Positions 56,587 to 58,398 of a stretch of DNA of 58,398 nt are shown in pieces; position 1 is the first letter of the stretch; each line of letters begins with the position of its first letter. The stretch is taken from the IMG/VR virus record IMGVR_UViG_3300022928_000003, positions 1-58,398 of that record; one strand, 5' to 3'. The notes under the pieces were generated by a model. That model was not told the DNA's origin and ran no database searches. It was given only the letters and a program-made list of their open reading frames with translations. The DNA comes from a virus. Its lineage: Duplodnaviria; Caudoviricetes. The translations under genes and the position numbers were made by a program.

Positions 56587-58398
56587 TTATTCTCCTTCTA
56601 ATGTTGTTATTCTTGCTTCTAAGTCTTCTATCTTTGCGATAGCTTCTTTCAATGCACCTGTTAATAATGGTACTAATTTTGATTGGTCAATACCTTGTGC
56701 ATCAATGTTTCCATCTTCATCTACGGCATCCTTTACACCACTTACTGCTTCTGGAATTACAGTTTGTGCTTCATGAGCAAGGAAACCATCTACTGTTGTG
56801 TCTGCATCTGCAATAAAGTTAAATCTTTTAGGTGATAATTGCTTTACTCTATCAATAGCACCAGTCATATCAACAATGTTTTCTTTTAGTCTATAATCTG
56901 AAGAAGTAACATAACTTGTAGAAGTACCACTTGTATTTATTCTACCAACTTGATTATTGTCATTATGAAATGATATTTGAACACCATCACTAGTACCAGT
57001 TCTATGACAAAGAATTGGAAAACCACCACCTATTTGACTAGCATTAAGAGTTGCATCTCCACTTGTAGCAACTTTAATATCACCAATCATAACTCTTCCA
57101 GAAGAGTTTATAGAAACTTGAACATTACCATCACCATCTGATAATACAATATTATTGCTTGCTGTTCTTATATCTAAGCCATCTTGATTGCCGTTAAAGC
57201 GACCTAAGATGGTGTTATTTGCACCAGTTGTTACTGATGAACCACTATTTTGTCCTAAAAAGGTATTATAACTACCTGTAGTTTGTTGCCCTGCTTGTTG
57301 TCCAATAAAGGTACTTTGATTTCCTGTAGTATTATCTCTACCTGCTTCCCTACCAATCGCAGAGTTATATGAACCTGTAGTCGTATTTTTTAATGCTTCT
57401 TCTCCTATACCAGTATTAGAAGTTCCTGTAGTATTGCCAGACAATGAAGCAGAACCATAAGCACTGTTAAAAGTACCACTTGTATTTGCATCTAAGGAAA
57501 CATGACCAAAAGCACTATTACCAGTTGCTGTGTTTAGGATAAGTGCGTTATAACCAAAAGCATTATTATCAGACCCTGTAACATTTGAATATAAAGCTTG
57601 ATAACCAAAAGCTGCATTTGGACCTCCTGTTGTATTAGCCTGTAAAGCACCATACCCAACTGCTGTGTTGTTGGATGCTGTGGTGTTTTGTCTTAAAGAC
57701 CTATCACCTAATGCTGTGTTGTAATCACCTGTTGTGTTATATTGTAAAGCTCTTTCTCCTAAAGCTACATTATCACGACCTGTAGTATTAGTGGTTAAAG
57801 CACTATCACCTACAGCTACATTTGATGCACCTGTTGTGTTAGCATATAAAGCTAGATTTCCTACAGCAACCAACCCTCCAGCTGTAGTATTACTGTAAAG
57901 CGACTGATACCCCACTGCTGTGTTGCTAGATGCTGTGGTATTACTGCGTAATGACTGCGTACCAATCGCAACGTTAGTTGCACCAGTAGTAGTAAGATAA
58001 CCTGCTTCATATCCCATTGCCACATTGTTATCTGCTGTAGTACTTTGCAGTGACCTTCTGCCAACAGCAGTATTAAAGCTACCTGTTGATGCGTTTAAGG
58101 AAGATACCCCAACAGCAGTATTTTGAGAACCAGTTACATTTGTTTGTAAAGCAGTGTAACCTATTGCTGTGTTGTTTGTTCCACTAGTATTATTTGGTAA
58201 TACAGCAGAACCTATTGCAGTATTATTATCGCCACTTAAACTTCCACTAGATAAAGTGCTATTGCCCAAAGCTACGTTCTGACTACCAACTGGATAATTA
58301 CCATCTAGCTTGATTGTGCCACCATCTACTGACACGTTACCTGCTACAGTTAATCCATCTGTGACTGCTGTACCTGTTACGTCAATGCCTGTGTTGGT
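56587..58398 (-). CDS. Tail fibre/spike protein 3, C-terminal part (beta-helix plus S74 chaperone)
   Basis: NTAVG repeats; SDYRLKEN...GFLAHEAQ...LTGALKEA; frame open to the window end. Confidence 0.85.
   Translation of the reverse strand, partial: TNTGIDVTGTAVTDGLTVAGNVSVDGGTIKLDGNYPVGSQNVALGNSTLSSGSLSGDNNTAIGSAVLPNNTSGTNNTAIGYTALQTNVTGSQNTAVGVSSLNASTGSFNTAVGRRSLQSTTADNNVAMGYEAGYLTTTGATNVAIGTQSLRSNTTASSNTAVGYQSLYSNTTAGGLVAVGNLALYANTTGASNVAVGDSALTTNTTGRDNVALGERALQYNTTGDYNTALGDRSLRQNTTASNNTAVGYGALQANTTGGPNAAFGYQALYSNVTGSDNNAFGYNALILNTATGNSAFGHVSLDANTSGTFNSAYGSASLSGNTTGTSNTGIGEEALKNTTTGSYNSAIGREAGRDNTTGNQSTFIGQQAGQQTTGSYNTFLGQNSGSSVTTGANNTILGRFNGNQDGLDIRTASNNIVLSDGDGNVQVSINSSGRVMIGDIKVATSGDATLNASQIGGGFPILCHRTGTSDGVQISFHNDNNQVGRINTSGTSTSYVTSSDYRLKENIVDMTGAIDRVKQLSPKRFNFIADADTTVDGFLAHEAQTVIPEAVSGVKDAVDEDGNIDAQGIDQSKLVPLLTGALKEAIAKIEDLEARITTLEGE
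58374..58398 (+). repeat. 25-nt terminal overlap identical to 1..25 (circular assembly junction)
   Basis: CTGTTACGTCAATGCCTGTGTTGGT at both ends. Confidence 0.85.

Noticed and set aside
899-56776. Numerous plus-strand ORFs in the six-frame track
   Set aside because: They are antisense shadows of well-supported minus-strand genes; only 43790..43981 looks real

Overview
The window looks like one complete, circularly permuted tailed-phage genome of about 58.37 kb. The last 25 nt (58374-58398) repeat the first 25 nt, and the tail-fibre gene broken at the ends rejoins in frame. Gene content suggests a podovirus-like phage: terminase, portal, GroES, scaffold, major capsid, head-tail connectors, ejection proteins and three paralogous beta-helix tail fibres with S74 chaperone domains. 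By inference the host is a marine Alphaproteobacterium. Almost all genes are on the minus strand. The replication module has a primase-helicase, SF2 helicase, SSB-like protein, AAA_24 ATPase, Cas4-like nuclease and a Mom-type adenine-modification enzyme, but no recognisable DNA polymerase or integrase. The most unusual part is non-coding. (1) The motif CGAACAATT(GTTCG) recurs roughly 40 times genome-wide by eye. It forms stereotyped stop codon + half-site + terminator + palindrome modules after each early gene, plus a GC-rich six-copy array next to terS. (2) An 11-bp GYAAY-N-RTTRC operator sits inside the -35/-10 spacer of the early sigma70 promoters. (3) A divergent promoter appears to make a ~75-nt small RNA antisense to the SD+AUG regions of the early genes. 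(4) An H-type pseudoknot and a CUAGCAA motif lie in replication-gene leaders. (5) An iteron/IHF-rich origin-like or packaging region precedes terS. All family assignments come from motifs recognised by eye; no database search was run.
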